A program made the position numbers and the translations under genes. Below are positions 39,338-48,715 of a DNA stretch of 64,000 bases, one piece after another (positions within the stretch are counted from its first letter, which is position 1; every line of letters starts with the position of its first letter). A model generated the notes under the pieces. The model saw only the letters and a program-made list of their open reading frames with translations. It was not told where the DNA came from and made no database searches. The DNA comes from Bacillota bacterium (GTDB lineage Bacteria; Bacillota; Clostridia; Acetivibrionales; DTU013): NCBI GenBank assembly GCA_023409735.1, contig JAEYRB010000063.1, forward strand, positions 67,307 through 131,306. The letters are read 5' to 3'.

Positions 39338-40963
39338 TTACTCAGAATACAAAAGCTTAAGCAGAGCCTTGTCAACGCTATGGTAGAAGGCTTCCTCACC
39401 TGCAATTTCTACAAGTCCGGACTGATTGAAAAGGCTCATGACGGATGGCTGTATTGATGAGAAGATCACCCTTTTGCCCATGGAGGCAGATTGACGATAG
39501 AAGTCGATCAGTATTCCTACTGTTGTGATATCAGCAAGAGGCACGCCTCTTAGAGAAAAGATTACAAGCTCATTATCTTTAACCTCATCAAGCTTTTGCT
39601 TGAGTATCTCTGATGTCATAAAAAACATAGGCCCTGTTATATATACCACGCACCAATTACTAGCCGACTTAGTGTGGTTAAACCCAACACGTGATGGGTC
39701 TACGTCTTCAATGGAGACATCAATAGTTGCGCTTCTTACAATATAAAGCAGGAGGCCAAGAAGGATGCCGATAGCAATGGCTATAGTAAGATCAAGCACT
39801 ACAGTGGCAGCCATAGTAATCAGAAATTTGAGCATAGCTCCCTTAAATTTATGAGAAAAAATGTACTTTATTGATGACCATTCATTCATTCGCCAGGCTG
39901 TAACCATTAATACACCTGCCAAAGCTGATAACGGTATTTTCGACATAATAGGGCTCAGAGCAAACATGGCAAGCAGCAGTCCAAGTGCGTGGAATATGCC
40001 GGTCAAGCGAGTCTGTGCTCCTGACTTGATAGCAACGCTTGTCCTGGCAATTGCTGCTGTGGCAGGTATACCTCCGAAGAACGGAATCAGCATGTTTCCT
40101 ACGCCTTGTGCTATAAGCTCCTGATCGCTGTTTATCCGCACATTTGTCATACGTCCGGCTGATGCACCGCATAGCAGGCTTTCGATCATACAGAGCATAG
40201 CAATTGATATTGTAGGTATTATTAACCCTTTAACGGTTCCGAGAGATATACTTGATATAGCCAAACGGTTATCAAGAAAAATTGTTTTTGGTATTTCCCC
40301 TACTATTGGAACATCAAGCTTAAATATAATTGATCCTGCAGTTGCCAGAATAATACTTACAAGTGAACCTGGTATCATTGAATTCCACTTTTTGGGGTAG
40401 ACCACCATAAACAATATTACGAAAAGGCCAATACATACAGCTGTGAACGAAGGTGAAAAACCAAGCCTGCTATAGCTTAACAGCTTGCTTAATGCACTAT
40501 CTCCCTGCGATTTGACGCCGAAGAAATTATCGATCTGTCCAAGCGCAATAATAATTGCTATTCCTGATGTAAACCCTGTAATAACAGGAGCCGGTATTAA
40601 TGAGGTCAATCTGCCTAGATGGAGAATTCCTGCAATACAAAGAAGTACTCCGGCTATAAAAGTAGCAATAAATACACCCTGAAGCTTGTATTGCGCAATA
40701 ATTGAAAGCAGAACGGCGGCCATTGCGCCGGTAGGCCCCGATATCTGATAAAACGCTCCCGACAGAGCACTTATTATAAGACCTGCAATTATTGCGGTCA
40801 CCAAGCCCGAAGCAGCGTCGGCACCGCTGGACACTCCGAAGGCAATCGCCAGAGGCAGTGCTACAGCTGTTACTGTCAACCCCGCCAATATATCCTTAGT
40901 AAGCTTTGAGGCATTATATCCTTTAAATTCTTTCTTAATATCTTGTACGTAATTTGGCAACAT
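39338..40963 (-). CDS. SulP family inorganic anion transporter with C-terminal STAS domain
   Basis: It has the N-terminal DILAGLTVTAVALPLAIAFGVSSGA, a polytopic core, and a C-terminal STAS-like ~110 aa (...VVYITGPMFFMTSEILKQKLD...). Confidence 0.9.
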   Translation of the reverse strand: MLPNYVQDIKKEFKGYNASKLTKDILAGLTVTAVALPLAIAFGVSSGADAASGLVTAIIAGLIISALSGAFYQISGPTGAMAAVLLSIIAQYKLQGVFIATFIAGVLLCIAGILHLGRLTSLIPAPVITGFTSGIAIIIALGQIDNFFGVKSQGDSALSKLLSYSRLGFSPSFTAVCIGLFVILFMVVYPKKWNSMIPGSLVSIILATAGSIIFKLDVPIVGEIPKTIFLDNRLAISSISLGTVKGLIIPTISIAMLCMIESLLCGASAGRMTNVRINSDQELIAQGVGNMLIPFFGGIPATAAIARTSVAIKSGAQTRLTGIFHALGLLLAMFALSPIMSKIPLSALAGVLMVTAWRMNEWSSIKYIFSHKFKGAMLKFLITMAATVVLDLTIAIAIGILLGLLLYIVRSATIDVSIEDVDPSRVGFNHTKSASNWCVVYITGPMFFMTSEILKQKLDEVKDNELVIFSLRGVPLADITTVGILIDFYRQSASMGKRVIFSSIQPSVMSLFNQSGLVEIAGEEAFYHSVDKALLKLLYSE

Positions 40964-41157
40964 TTCTTTTATTCCCCTTTAATGTGATAAAAAGCTTTAA
41001 ACAGTATACCATAAACTTTGGTAAGTTAAGTATAATTATGAGGCATAAACCCAAAAATAGTAGAAATTAATAACTAATATCTAATAATAACAATCATGTC
41101 GATTGCTTTAATATTAATTACTATTAATTCACCTTTTTAGAGGTGATATTTAACCAC

Positions 41158-41185
41158 TTGATAACAATAAAAATTAGTGTATAAT
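41158..41185 (+). promoter_or_regulatory. putative promoter of the serS leader
   Basis: TTGATA (41158-63), a 16-nt spacer, then TATAAT (41180-85). Confidence 0.5.
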
Positions 41186-41221
41186 AAACAGTAATAATCT
41201 GTTGATGAAAACAGTAATAAA

Positions 41222-41455
41222 TTGAGTGTTGATAAAAGCTATGATTCATTGATCCCTTAAGAGAGCCGATGGTTGGTGTGAATCGGTGGAAGCTTGAATT
41301 TATCCACTTTTGGAGCTCACGGTGATGAACCGAAGGTTTGTACCCTTTAGCGTACATGAGAGAGGCCGGATGAGCGATCCGGCAATTTGGGTGGCAACGC
41401 GGATTCCTTCCGTCCCATAGCTGTATATGGGTTCGGGAGGATTTTATTATTTTCG
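41222..41455 (+). promoter_or_regulatory. T-box riboswitch leader, serine specifier (TCC)
   Basis: Stem I carries the AG bulge and distal loop AGAGAGCCGATGGTTGGTGTGAATCGG. The specifier loop reads TTA-TCC-A, with TCC at 41303-05. The T-box sequence is AATTTGGGTGGCAACGCGG (41384-41402), where the variable base C would pair with the G73 discriminator of tRNA-Ser. The terminator TCCTTCC..CCC/GGG..GGGAGGA is followed by TTTTATTATTTT (41405-41455). Confidence 0.85.
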
Positions 41456-41514
41456 GGTAAACGATGAGCTGTAGCAAAAAGGTGAGGATGGCTCGATGCC
41501 CCCGATACTTTTTT

Positions 41515-41576
41515 AGACCAAGGGGACGGTTCCTTCGGTTCGCATAGACCAAGGGGACAGTTCGATGCCTCTGGGA
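41515..41576. repeat. two tandem ~31-bp units with AGACCAAGGGGAC(G/A)GTTC (REP-like family)
   Basis: AGACCAAGGGGACGGTTCCTTCGGTTCGCAT is followed by AGACCAAGGGGACAGTTCGATGCCTCTGGGA. The pair lies between the T-box terminator and the serS start. Confidence 0.7.
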
Positions 41577-41700
41577 CTTCTACTAATGGCGTTGACTGAA
41601 GGTCTACAGTAAAAAGGGAAAGTGTGATTCGACCACCGAGATGCTAATTTTCGGGTTAATAATGCAGAATATTAAAGAAGATTATTATAGGAGGAGTAAC

Positions 41701-42984
41701 ATGCTGGACATTAAGTTTTTAAGAGCAAACCCTGAGCTTGTAAAGGAAAACATCAGAAAGAAATTTCAGGACCATAAACTGGTTATGGTAGATGAAGTTG
41801 TAGAGATGGATATTAAATACAGAGACGCAATCTCCAAGGGCAATGAGTTGAGAAGCCAGCGAAATTCCATCAGTAAAGAGATAGGAAATCTCATGTCTAA
41901 GGGGCTTCGCGAGGAAGCTGAAAAAGCGAAGGCGAGAGTGCCTGAAATCGCAAAGGAGCTAGTAGAGCTTGAAAAACTTGAGGAGGAGTTGTCCGCTGAA
42001 ATACAAAAAAGGATGCTTGTTATTCCCAATATAATAGACAGCTCTGTTCCAATAGGAAAGGATGACAGTGAGAATGTTGAGGTAGAGCGCTTCGGAGAGC
42101 CGGTTGTTCCTGAATTTGAAGTACCTTATCATGTTGAAATTATGGAGAAGCTTCATGGCATAGACCTGGACAGTGCCAGAAAAACCAGCGGCAACGGCTT
42201 CTATTATCTGTGTGGTGACATTGCTAGACTTCATTCAGCAATTTTATCATATGCTCGTGATTTTATGATAGACAGAGGCTTTACCTATTATATTCCGCCA
42301 TTTATGATCCGCGGCGATGTTGTCAATGGCGTAATGAGCTTTTCTGAAATGGAAAACATGATGTATAAAATAGAAGGAGAGGACCTTTACCTCATAGGTA
42401 CCAGCGAGCACTCCATGATAGGTAAGTTTATAGATACCATTCTGGACGAGGATCAACTGCCGCAGACTTTGACCAGCTACTCGCCGTGCTTCAGGAAGGA
42501 AGTTGGCGCTCATGGTATTGAGGAGCGCGGTGTATATAGGATACATCAGTTTGAAAAGCAGGAGATGATAGTAGTTTGTAAGCCGGAGGAAAGTATGGAA
42601 TGGTTTAAAAAACTGTATCAGAATACTGTTGATTTCTTCCGCTCACTTGATGTCCCTGTGCGTACGTTGGAATGCTGCTCAGGTGACCTGGCAGATCTTA
42701 AGGTAAAGAGCATAGATGTAGAAGCATGGTCTCCGCGCCAGCAGAAATACTTCGAGGTAGGAAGCTGCTCCAACCTTGGTGATGCACAAGCACGCCGCCT
42801 TGGTATACGTGTAAGGAACAAGGAAACGGGCAACTATTTTGCACATACGCTTAATAATACTGTTGTTGCACCACCACGTATGCTGATAGCGTTTTTGGAG
42901 AACAATCTCAATGAGGATGGCTCTGTAAATATTCCAAAGCCGCTTAGAATGTACATGGGTGGAAAGGATGCCATCAGGCCGTGA
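41701..42984 (+). CDS. serS: seryl-tRNA synthetase
   Basis: The ATG at 41701 follows TAGGAGGAG. It has the N-terminal coiled-coil arm MLDIKFLRANPELVKENIRKK and class-II motifs (...YRIHQFEKQEM..., ...HTLNNTVVAPPRMLIAFLEN). It is preceded by a Ser T-box. Confidence 0.95.
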   Translation: MLDIKFLRANPELVKENIRKKFQDHKLVMVDEVVEMDIKYRDAISKGNELRSQRNSISKEIGNLMSKGLREEAEKAKARVPEIAKELVELEKLEEELSAEIQKRMLVIPNIIDSSVPIGKDDSENVEVERFGEPVVPEFEVPYHVEIMEKLHGIDLDSARKTSGNGFYYLCGDIARLHSAILSYARDFMIDRGFTYYIPPFMIRGDVVNGVMSFSEMENMMYKIEGEDLYLIGTSEHSMIGKFIDTILDEDQLPQTLTSYSPCFRKEVGAHGIEERGVYRIHQFEKQEMIVVCKPEESMEWFKKLYQNTVDFFRSLDVPVRTLECCSGDLADLKVKSIDVEAWSPRQQKYFEVGSCSNLGDAQARRLGIRVRNKETGNYFAHTLNNTVVAPPRMLIAFLENNLNEDGSVNIPKPLRMYMGGKDAIRP

Positions 42985-43339
42985 CATCAGCAGAGTTAGG
43001 CAGCAGGTGCAAGTAGAATAGAATTACTCGGGAAGAAACTTATACAACTGGTGTGGGTGTAATGATTTGTGTAGAAAAATATATGCACTAGATATGGATC
43101 GAATGTTCGGATAGGAATTAGGAGCAAGGATGATCGGCGAAAAATAGTCGCTGGAATTGATAGTTAAGGCAAAAGGTCTAGATGAATATGCACAGTAAGA
43201 ATAGCCAGTGTATAAAATCTACTGAGAAATAAATTGAATAGAATGTACCAAGTATAAATAAGGGGGGGTCCTGACATTGTACTTATTTCTCGGCTGCTTC
43301 GCCTTTAGGAGATAAGGTCAGAAACCCTTAACTACTATC

Positions 43340-44851
43340 CTAAAACCTGCATAGCAGGTCGATGCAAATTACATAATATTCTTTATCATCACACTGATAT
43401 GCATATGAAATTGTCTTACATAAATTTCCTGTAGCCTTTGATATGTATTCTGGGGAAGTATACAATTCCTGCTTATTTTTAGTAGCCTGGCGGAAATATT
43501 TTTTTGAACTGTAGTCTTCGCCGGGCAATGCAGGTTTAAAATTCTCATCCTGCTCTACTATGATCCTTGGATTCATAATCGTATGGCTTAATTGCTGGCC
43601 ATCTCCATTAATAACATACAGACATTCAATATCCATGTGATTTTGAATTTCCGTTTCCAGTATCGTATCTATAGACTGGGTAGTAGTTGCATGATATAGC
43701 TTTGCCACTAATTTGCCGGTTAACTCTCGTGTGGATTCCTCCTCCATATTTTTATCAGTTACCGGTTCATTTTCTTGTCTAATTAGCCGGAAACGTTGAA
43801 GAACCTTTTTCAAATGAGCAGATATGTTTGACAGATTCACTGCTCCTGCATTATTTTCCTGGGCATAAGCTGCATTACTCTGTACTGCCTCTGATATATT
43901 GATAATGATAGATGACGTTTCCTTAAGATTTTCTGCCTGTATATTGGATAGCTCTGCTATTTCTTTACACAAACCGGTTACCCCTTCGATCGAATCATTT
44001 ATGTTATTAAAGCTTTCTACGGTTTTTTTCGTGATTTTTGCACTTTCATCCGCTGCAGCAATACTATTATTAATTAACTGCGTAGTTTGCTTAACAGCTT
44101 CGCTGCTTTTCTGTGCCAGTTTATTCACTTCACCGGCAATTATTGAAAAACCCTGTCCGTTTTCACCAGCTCTCGCAGCCTCGATTGTTGCATTTAAAGA
44201 TAACAATCTGGTCTGATCAGCAATTCCATTTATTAATTCAATGATATGGGATATATCATCGATGGAGGACTTTACTTTATCCACAGAGGATAACATATGA
44301 TTCATATAGCTTCTTCCGATTTCGGTTTCCTTAGCTATCGCATCAACGGCTTTCGCTACTGCATTTGCATTTGCTGCATTATGTACTGTCTTATCCGTAA
44401 TGTCATAAATAGTTGAAGATAAATCAGAAATCCAAGCTGCCTGTTCCGTCGTGTTTGTCGCCAAAAAGGAGGAACCTTTCTCAACCTGATTACTCATAGC
44501 ATCTATCTCTATGGATAGGTTGTGAATCTCTTCAAAAGAACAATTCAGAGAATATCTGATTTTATAGAGAGCATTTTTGATTGGCAGAAAATCTCCCTGA
44601 TAAAGTACGTCCTCTGAAAAAGCAACTGCCATATTGCCGGATGACAGATGGGATAATATATGGGTTATCTCGTTTATGTAGGCATTAAAGGTATTATTGA
44701 TTTGATTTATATCTTCTGCTAAATCTTTAAGAAAATCAAAATGCTCCGTATCGATTTTTATGTCCAGATTACCACTGAGCATCTGCTTTGTATGATGTCC
44801 TATGTTAAATACTTCTTCTAAAATTCTCTGCAATTTCTTTTGTTTTCTCAT
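43340..44851 (-). CDS. methyl-accepting chemotaxis protein, no TM segments, C-terminal Cache/PDC-like sensor
   Basis: The conserved signalling hairpin is LLSLNATIEAARAGENGQGFSIIAGEVNKLAQKS. I saw no hydrophobic helices. The C-terminal ~130 aa (ECLYVINGDGQQLSHTI...YFRQATKNKQELYTSPEYISKATGNLCKTISY) resembles single-Cache domains. Confidence 0.85.
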   Translation of the reverse strand: MRKQKKLQRILEEVFNIGHHTKQMLSGNLDIKIDTEHFDFLKDLAEDINQINNTFNAYINEITHILSHLSSGNMAVAFSEDVLYQGDFLPIKNALYKIRYSLNCSFEEIHNLSIEIDAMSNQVEKGSSFLATNTTEQAAWISDLSSTIYDITDKTVHNAANANAVAKAVDAIAKETEIGRSYMNHMLSSVDKVKSSIDDISHIIELINGIADQTRLLSLNATIEAARAGENGQGFSIIAGEVNKLAQKSSEAVKQTTQLINNSIAAADESAKITKKTVESFNNINDSIEGVTGLCKEIAELSNIQAENLKETSSIIINISEAVQSNAAYAQENNAGAVNLSNISAHLKKVLQRFRLIRQENEPVTDKNMEEESTRELTGKLVAKLYHATTTQSIDTILETEIQNHMDIECLYVINGDGQQLSHTIMNPRIIVEQDENFKPALPGEDYSSKKYFRQATKNKQELYTSPEYISKATGNLCKTISYAYQCDDKEYYVICIDLLCRF

Positions 44852-45003
44852 CCTTATGTCCTCCCATTTGCATCAACCTAAGTAACCGTTCAGCTTCTGC
44901 TTATCAATTAACAGTTGATTCTTATTTTTGTAAGTGACCTCTTTCCATGGAAACATACATCTGCTAATACCGCCTAAAAGTGATATCAAAATCCAATAGA
45001 ATC

Positions 45004-45035
45004 AAAAAAAGCAACGAGGTTTAAGCCCCGTTGCT
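45004..45035 (-). terminator. rho-independent terminator (minus orientation)
   Basis: On the minus strand, AGCAACGGGG pairs with CCTCGTTGCT and is followed by T7. Confidence 0.7.
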
Positions 45036-45348
45036 TATTAAATAATATATACTACAAATTGGAAGCTGTCAAGAATATACGATGATGAGAATATTGAATG
45101 TTGTATTTGCTTGTATTTGGCTTATTTACTTGTTATAGAATTACAATAAAGTTTTTTGTGTTAAAATAAAAACGTGATGTAGTTATTTTAGATAAGTTTG
45201 CGGTAGAAGCAATTAAGATAACTGGTGTTATTGTTATTCAATAAGGTGGAACCCAACAGGATCTTTATGGGAGTATAGGTGGCAGAATGGCTGTAGAGAA
45301 GTAATAAGTATCGGATGTTGAATTGATATTATCGCACATAGGTACCAA

Positions 45349-45386
45349 AGGGACGGTTATCAATTAAGATATCCGTCCCTATTTTT
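45349..45386 (+). terminator. GGGACGG-containing hairpin with plus-strand U-tract
   Basis: AGGGACGG (45349-56) pairs perfectly with CCGTCCCT (45373-80), with an inner TATC/GATA extension. It is followed by ATTTTTA on the plus strand. On the minus strand only TTTGG follows. Confidence 0.55.
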
Positions 45387-45499
45387 AGTCGCATGAGTAT
45401 CAAACAGAGTTTGAACTGCATATACCCAGCTTAGCCATTGCGTATTGCACGGGCGTAATAGTAAGTTGGTTATGCATAAATATTCTACATTAGCTTGAA

Positions 45500-46255
45500 T
45501 TACTCCGGCTTGTTTCGCTTCAGTGCACTAACTACACTGGTTACGATCAGAATAGCAATTATTATTTCCGGTATTCCGTTAGCCACACCTATACCTGCAA
45601 TAGCCTTTCCGGCTGTTCCGCTGCTAAGACCCATTGCTTCTTCAAATTTACCTGCGTACAGCAGGAAAATCATTGTCAGAACAAGACCTGTATTGGTCAG
45701 CGTACCTGCTATGGTTGCAATGACAATGCTCAAGGTACTGCTTTGTGACTTTTTGTTAGTTATGTAGAATAAAAATAATGTAATAATTATTAGCGCAATA
45801 TTTGCAGCTATCAACCAGAAGCTTGCACTGCTTCTAATGTTGGCGTAGGTCCAGTAAGCAAGATAGCCTGTAATGCCTATCCATACGATATTCAAAATCA
45901 CAAGAGTTTTTTTAAAACCGAGATTTTTTATCGCTTTATACGCGTAATATGTAGTTATGCCTATAAGGATCCGAGGCAGGATTGAAACCAGTGGATTGAG
46001 AAATGCGAATGATAGTATTGTTGGCGCTGTTATTGCTGAATAGACACTGAATAAACCGAATATTAACCCTACGAATGCACCAACCACCGGCCCTTCAATA
46101 ATAGCGCCTATTATTACCGGGATGTGCAGTATCGTTGCTTTTGCCGGACCTACCGGCATGAGACCTATGGGAGTCATCCCAAGTATTGCTGTCAATGCAC
46201 CTAATACACCGACAATAGCCATTTTTCTTACATTAAATGACCTGTTTTTTGACAT
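45500..46255 (-). CDS. ECF transporter S component (PanT-like; substrate unassigned)
   Basis: NVRKMAIVGVLGALTAILGMTPIGLMPVGPAKATILHIPVIIGAIIEGPVVGAFVGLIFGL is typical of PF12822 S components. At 251 aa it is longer than usual because of extra central helices. Confidence 0.65.
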   Translation of the reverse strand: MSKNRSFNVRKMAIVGVLGALTAILGMTPIGLMPVGPAKATILHIPVIIGAIIEGPVVGAFVGLIFGLFSVYSAITAPTILSFAFLNPLVSILPRILIGITTYYAYKAIKNLGFKKTLVILNIVWIGITGYLAYWTYANIRSSASFWLIAANIALIIITLFLFYITNKKSQSSTLSIVIATIAGTLTNTGLVLTMIFLLYAGKFEEAMGLSSGTAGKAIAGIGVANGIPEIIIAILIVTSVVSALKRNKPE

Positions 46256-46356
46256 TTTAATACCTCCGCTCCAGTTCTTATTTTAGATACCGGTCGTAAA
46301 ACATATTCTGTTTTAGCCAATTAGTCCAACTCTTTTCAGATGTTGGCTTGCGTACT

Positions 46357-46385
46357 ATTATAGATAAGTTCGACAAAAGATTCAA
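46357..46385 (-). promoter_or_regulatory. putative promoter of the ECF S-component gene
   Basis: On the minus strand, TTGAAT (46385-80), a 17-nt spacer, then TATAAT (46362-57). This leaves a ~95-nt leader. Confidence 0.5.
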
Positions 46386-46821
46386 GGCATATGGAAAATT
46401 TTTGGCTGGTGTTAATTGTAAAAGTGAAAAGTAAAAAAGTAGGAAAAGGTTAGTTCTGTTTCCGCCAAGAGCTTGAGAATTGAAACATGGACACGATTAT
46501 TAGACAAAAGGGAGTGTTACTTGCCTAATTTAGCAGTAATTGAGAGAATGGGTGATACTCAGTTACACCGTGGCATTTTTGAACATGATTTGGTAAAATT
46601 AAGTGAGGAACAAAGATAAACTCAAAATTATTGATAAATGCTGAAATGGTATTTGTGAAGTACTTAATAAAGCGTTAAGTTTTAATTTTAACTCAAATGG
46701 GTTTCAAATTTGCTGCTGTGAATTGTTGCAAAGACTGATAAACGGGTATGTCCAATGATTCGCTGTTTATGGTAAAGACAAAATGGTGCCGGAATGATAT
46801 GCTTCCTCTGAGGTGATACAA

Positions 46822-47334
46822 ATGGATCTGATAAAAATAGGAAAATTCATATCAGAACTTAGAAAAGAAAAAAACTATACTCAAGACCAATTAGGAGAGA
46901 AATTAGGGGTAACAAATAAGACTATCTCACGTTGGGAGACAGGGACATATTTACCACCAGCAGATTCGCTGCTTTCAATGAGTGAATTATTTTCAGTAAG
47001 CATTAATGAATTACTTAGCGGAAAGAGATTAGAGGCTGAAGAATATAAAGAAGCAGCAGAGGAAAATTTGAAACAAACAATTAAGGCCAGCAGCTTTACC
47101 TTGAAGGACAGAATTGACTTCTTTAAGAGAAAATGGCTGAAGGAACATATTCCGCTGATGGTATTTATGGGACTAATTGTGATTGCTGTTTTTTTAGCAG
47201 GATTTATTTTGAGAAAGAGTTTGATTGGTTATCTTGCGATATTATTGCTTATAATATTCCATGGTGTGCGTAATAATCGTATGATGGCATATGTTGAAAA
47301 AAATGCTTATGATGGATCAGGAAGAAATCAATAG
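46822..47334 (+). CDS. XRE-family HTH regulator with C-terminal transmembrane helices
   Basis: The ATG at 46822 follows GAGGTG. The HTH is ELRKEKNYTQDQLGEKLGVTNKTISRWETG. Two hydrophobic helices sit near the C-terminus. Confidence 0.8.
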   Translation: MDLIKIGKFISELRKEKNYTQDQLGEKLGVTNKTISRWETGTYLPPADSLLSMSELFSVSINELLSGKRLEAEEYKEAAEENLKQTIKASSFTLKDRIDFFKRKWLKEHIPLMVFMGLIVIAVFLAGFILRKSLIGYLAILLLIIFHGVRNNRMMAYVEKNAYDGSGRNQ

Positions 47335-47477
47335 GTGTAGTGAAGACTTCGGTTTGATGAACATAGAAAAGAAAGGAGAAGGTAGTAGACAGTAAAAAAT
47401 GTCAAGTAAATAGTGAATGTTAATTTCTCAATACTTATAGGCTCATACAGTCTGCTGCTGAAAATAGATTATGAAAC

Positions 47478-48407
47478 TTGAAATACCCCGGATATATAAC
47501 TGACATAAATGGTATAAAGGTTGGTCATGCCCAATCGAAAGAGGGAATGACAGGCTGCACAGCGGTTATTTGTGAAAAAGGAGCCGTAGGCGGTGTTGAT
47601 GTGCGTGGTTCAGCTCCCGGTACAAGAGAGACCGATCTGATGAAGCCTGAAAAAATGATGGATAAGCTGCATGCAGTGGTGCTCTCCGGCGGCAGTGCTT
47701 TTGGGCTGGAGGCGGCCTCGGGCGTAATGAGGTATCTGGAGGAACAGAATGTCGGCTTTGATGTCGGAGTTACAAAGGTACCTATAGTTGCATCGGCTGT
47801 GATATATGACCTCAATGTAGGCAATTACAGAATAAGGCCGGATATAGCAATGGGCTATGAGGCAGCTAACGCGGCTTCCGGCGAGGAAAGAAGGCAGGGC
47901 TGCGTAGGCTGTGGAACGGGTGCTACAGTGGGAAAAATACTGGGACCTGACTATGCCATGAAATCGGGCCTGGGAAGTGCGACCATCAGATCGGGCGAAC
48001 TGATCGTTTCCGCAATTGTTACTGTAAATAGCTTTGGAGATGTTTTCGACTACAAAACAGGAAGGCAGATAGCCGGAGTTTATGACTATAACAAAAAAGA
48101 ACTGCTAAACACATACTCTATTATGAAAACGCAGAATGTAGCAGCAAGCTTCCCTATGAGAAACACCACCATAGGCGTTGTAGCCACAAATGCAGTTCTC
48201 ACAAAAGCCGAAGCCAACAAGTTGGCAGAAATGTCCCATAACGGCTATGCCAGATCCATCAATCCCGTTCATACCATGCTTGATGGAGATACAATTTTCA
48301 CAATGGCTACCGGCGAGGTTGCCTCCGACATTAATCTTATAGGTACTATGGCGAACGAGGTAATGTCAATGGCAATAACAAACGCCATATTAAACGTTAA
48401 AAAGTAG
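47478..48407 (+). CDS. P1 family peptidase (DmpA/S58 aminopeptidase-like)
   Basis: ITDINGIKVGHAQSKEGMTGCTAVIC...GGVDVRGSAPGTRETDL...AVVLSGGSAFGL matches the DmpA/BapA family. The TTG start has no obvious RBS, so the start is uncertain. Confidence 0.8.
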   Translation: MKYPGYITDINGIKVGHAQSKEGMTGCTAVICEKGAVGGVDVRGSAPGTRETDLMKPEKMMDKLHAVVLSGGSAFGLEAASGVMRYLEEQNVGFDVGVTKVPIVASAVIYDLNVGNYRIRPDIAMGYEAANAASGEERRQGCVGCGTGATVGKILGPDYAMKSGLGSATIRSGELIVSAIVTVNSFGDVFDYKTGRQIAGVYDYNKKELLNTYSIMKTQNVAASFPMRNTTIGVVATNAVLTKAEANKLAEMSHNGYARSINPVHTMLDGDTIFTMATGEVASDINLIGTMANEVMSMAITNAILNVKK

Positions 48408-48715
48408 AATATTGAAGACAATTAAGCTTTTAGCATATTTCTCAAGCATGCTATATATTTTAAAATCACAGCAAACAGCTGTCCTGCCAGATATCTATAT
48501 GGTATCAGTATTATCACATCATTACTAGTAATATGGATTTTACATTAATCATGTTATAGTCTTCCGATAAAATAACAATTAACGCAAGATTCTAATTTGT
48601 AGCAAATGTATTGGAAGTACTTCAGAATAAGATGCAGTTTGATAAATCACTTCATTTTATAAGTCCATACAAAGTTACATTTTAGAATAAGCTAAAGTGT
48701 TATGGAGGGATTAAT

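Noticed and set aside
41124-41552. 142-aa minus-strand ORF
   Set aside because: It covers the serS T-box leader and the REP-like units. The RNA-element explanation is much stronger.
43266-43327. Bidirectional terminator between serS and the MCP gene
   Set aside because: A long imperfect hairpin exists, but neither side has a U-tract, so I did not call it as a feature.
46256-46356. preQ1-I riboswitch upstream of the ECF S component
   Set aside because: The stem plus A-rich tail is superficially similar. However, the loop length, the conserved loop nucleotides and the tail spacing do not fit the preQ1-I consensus, and the S component is not QueT-like.
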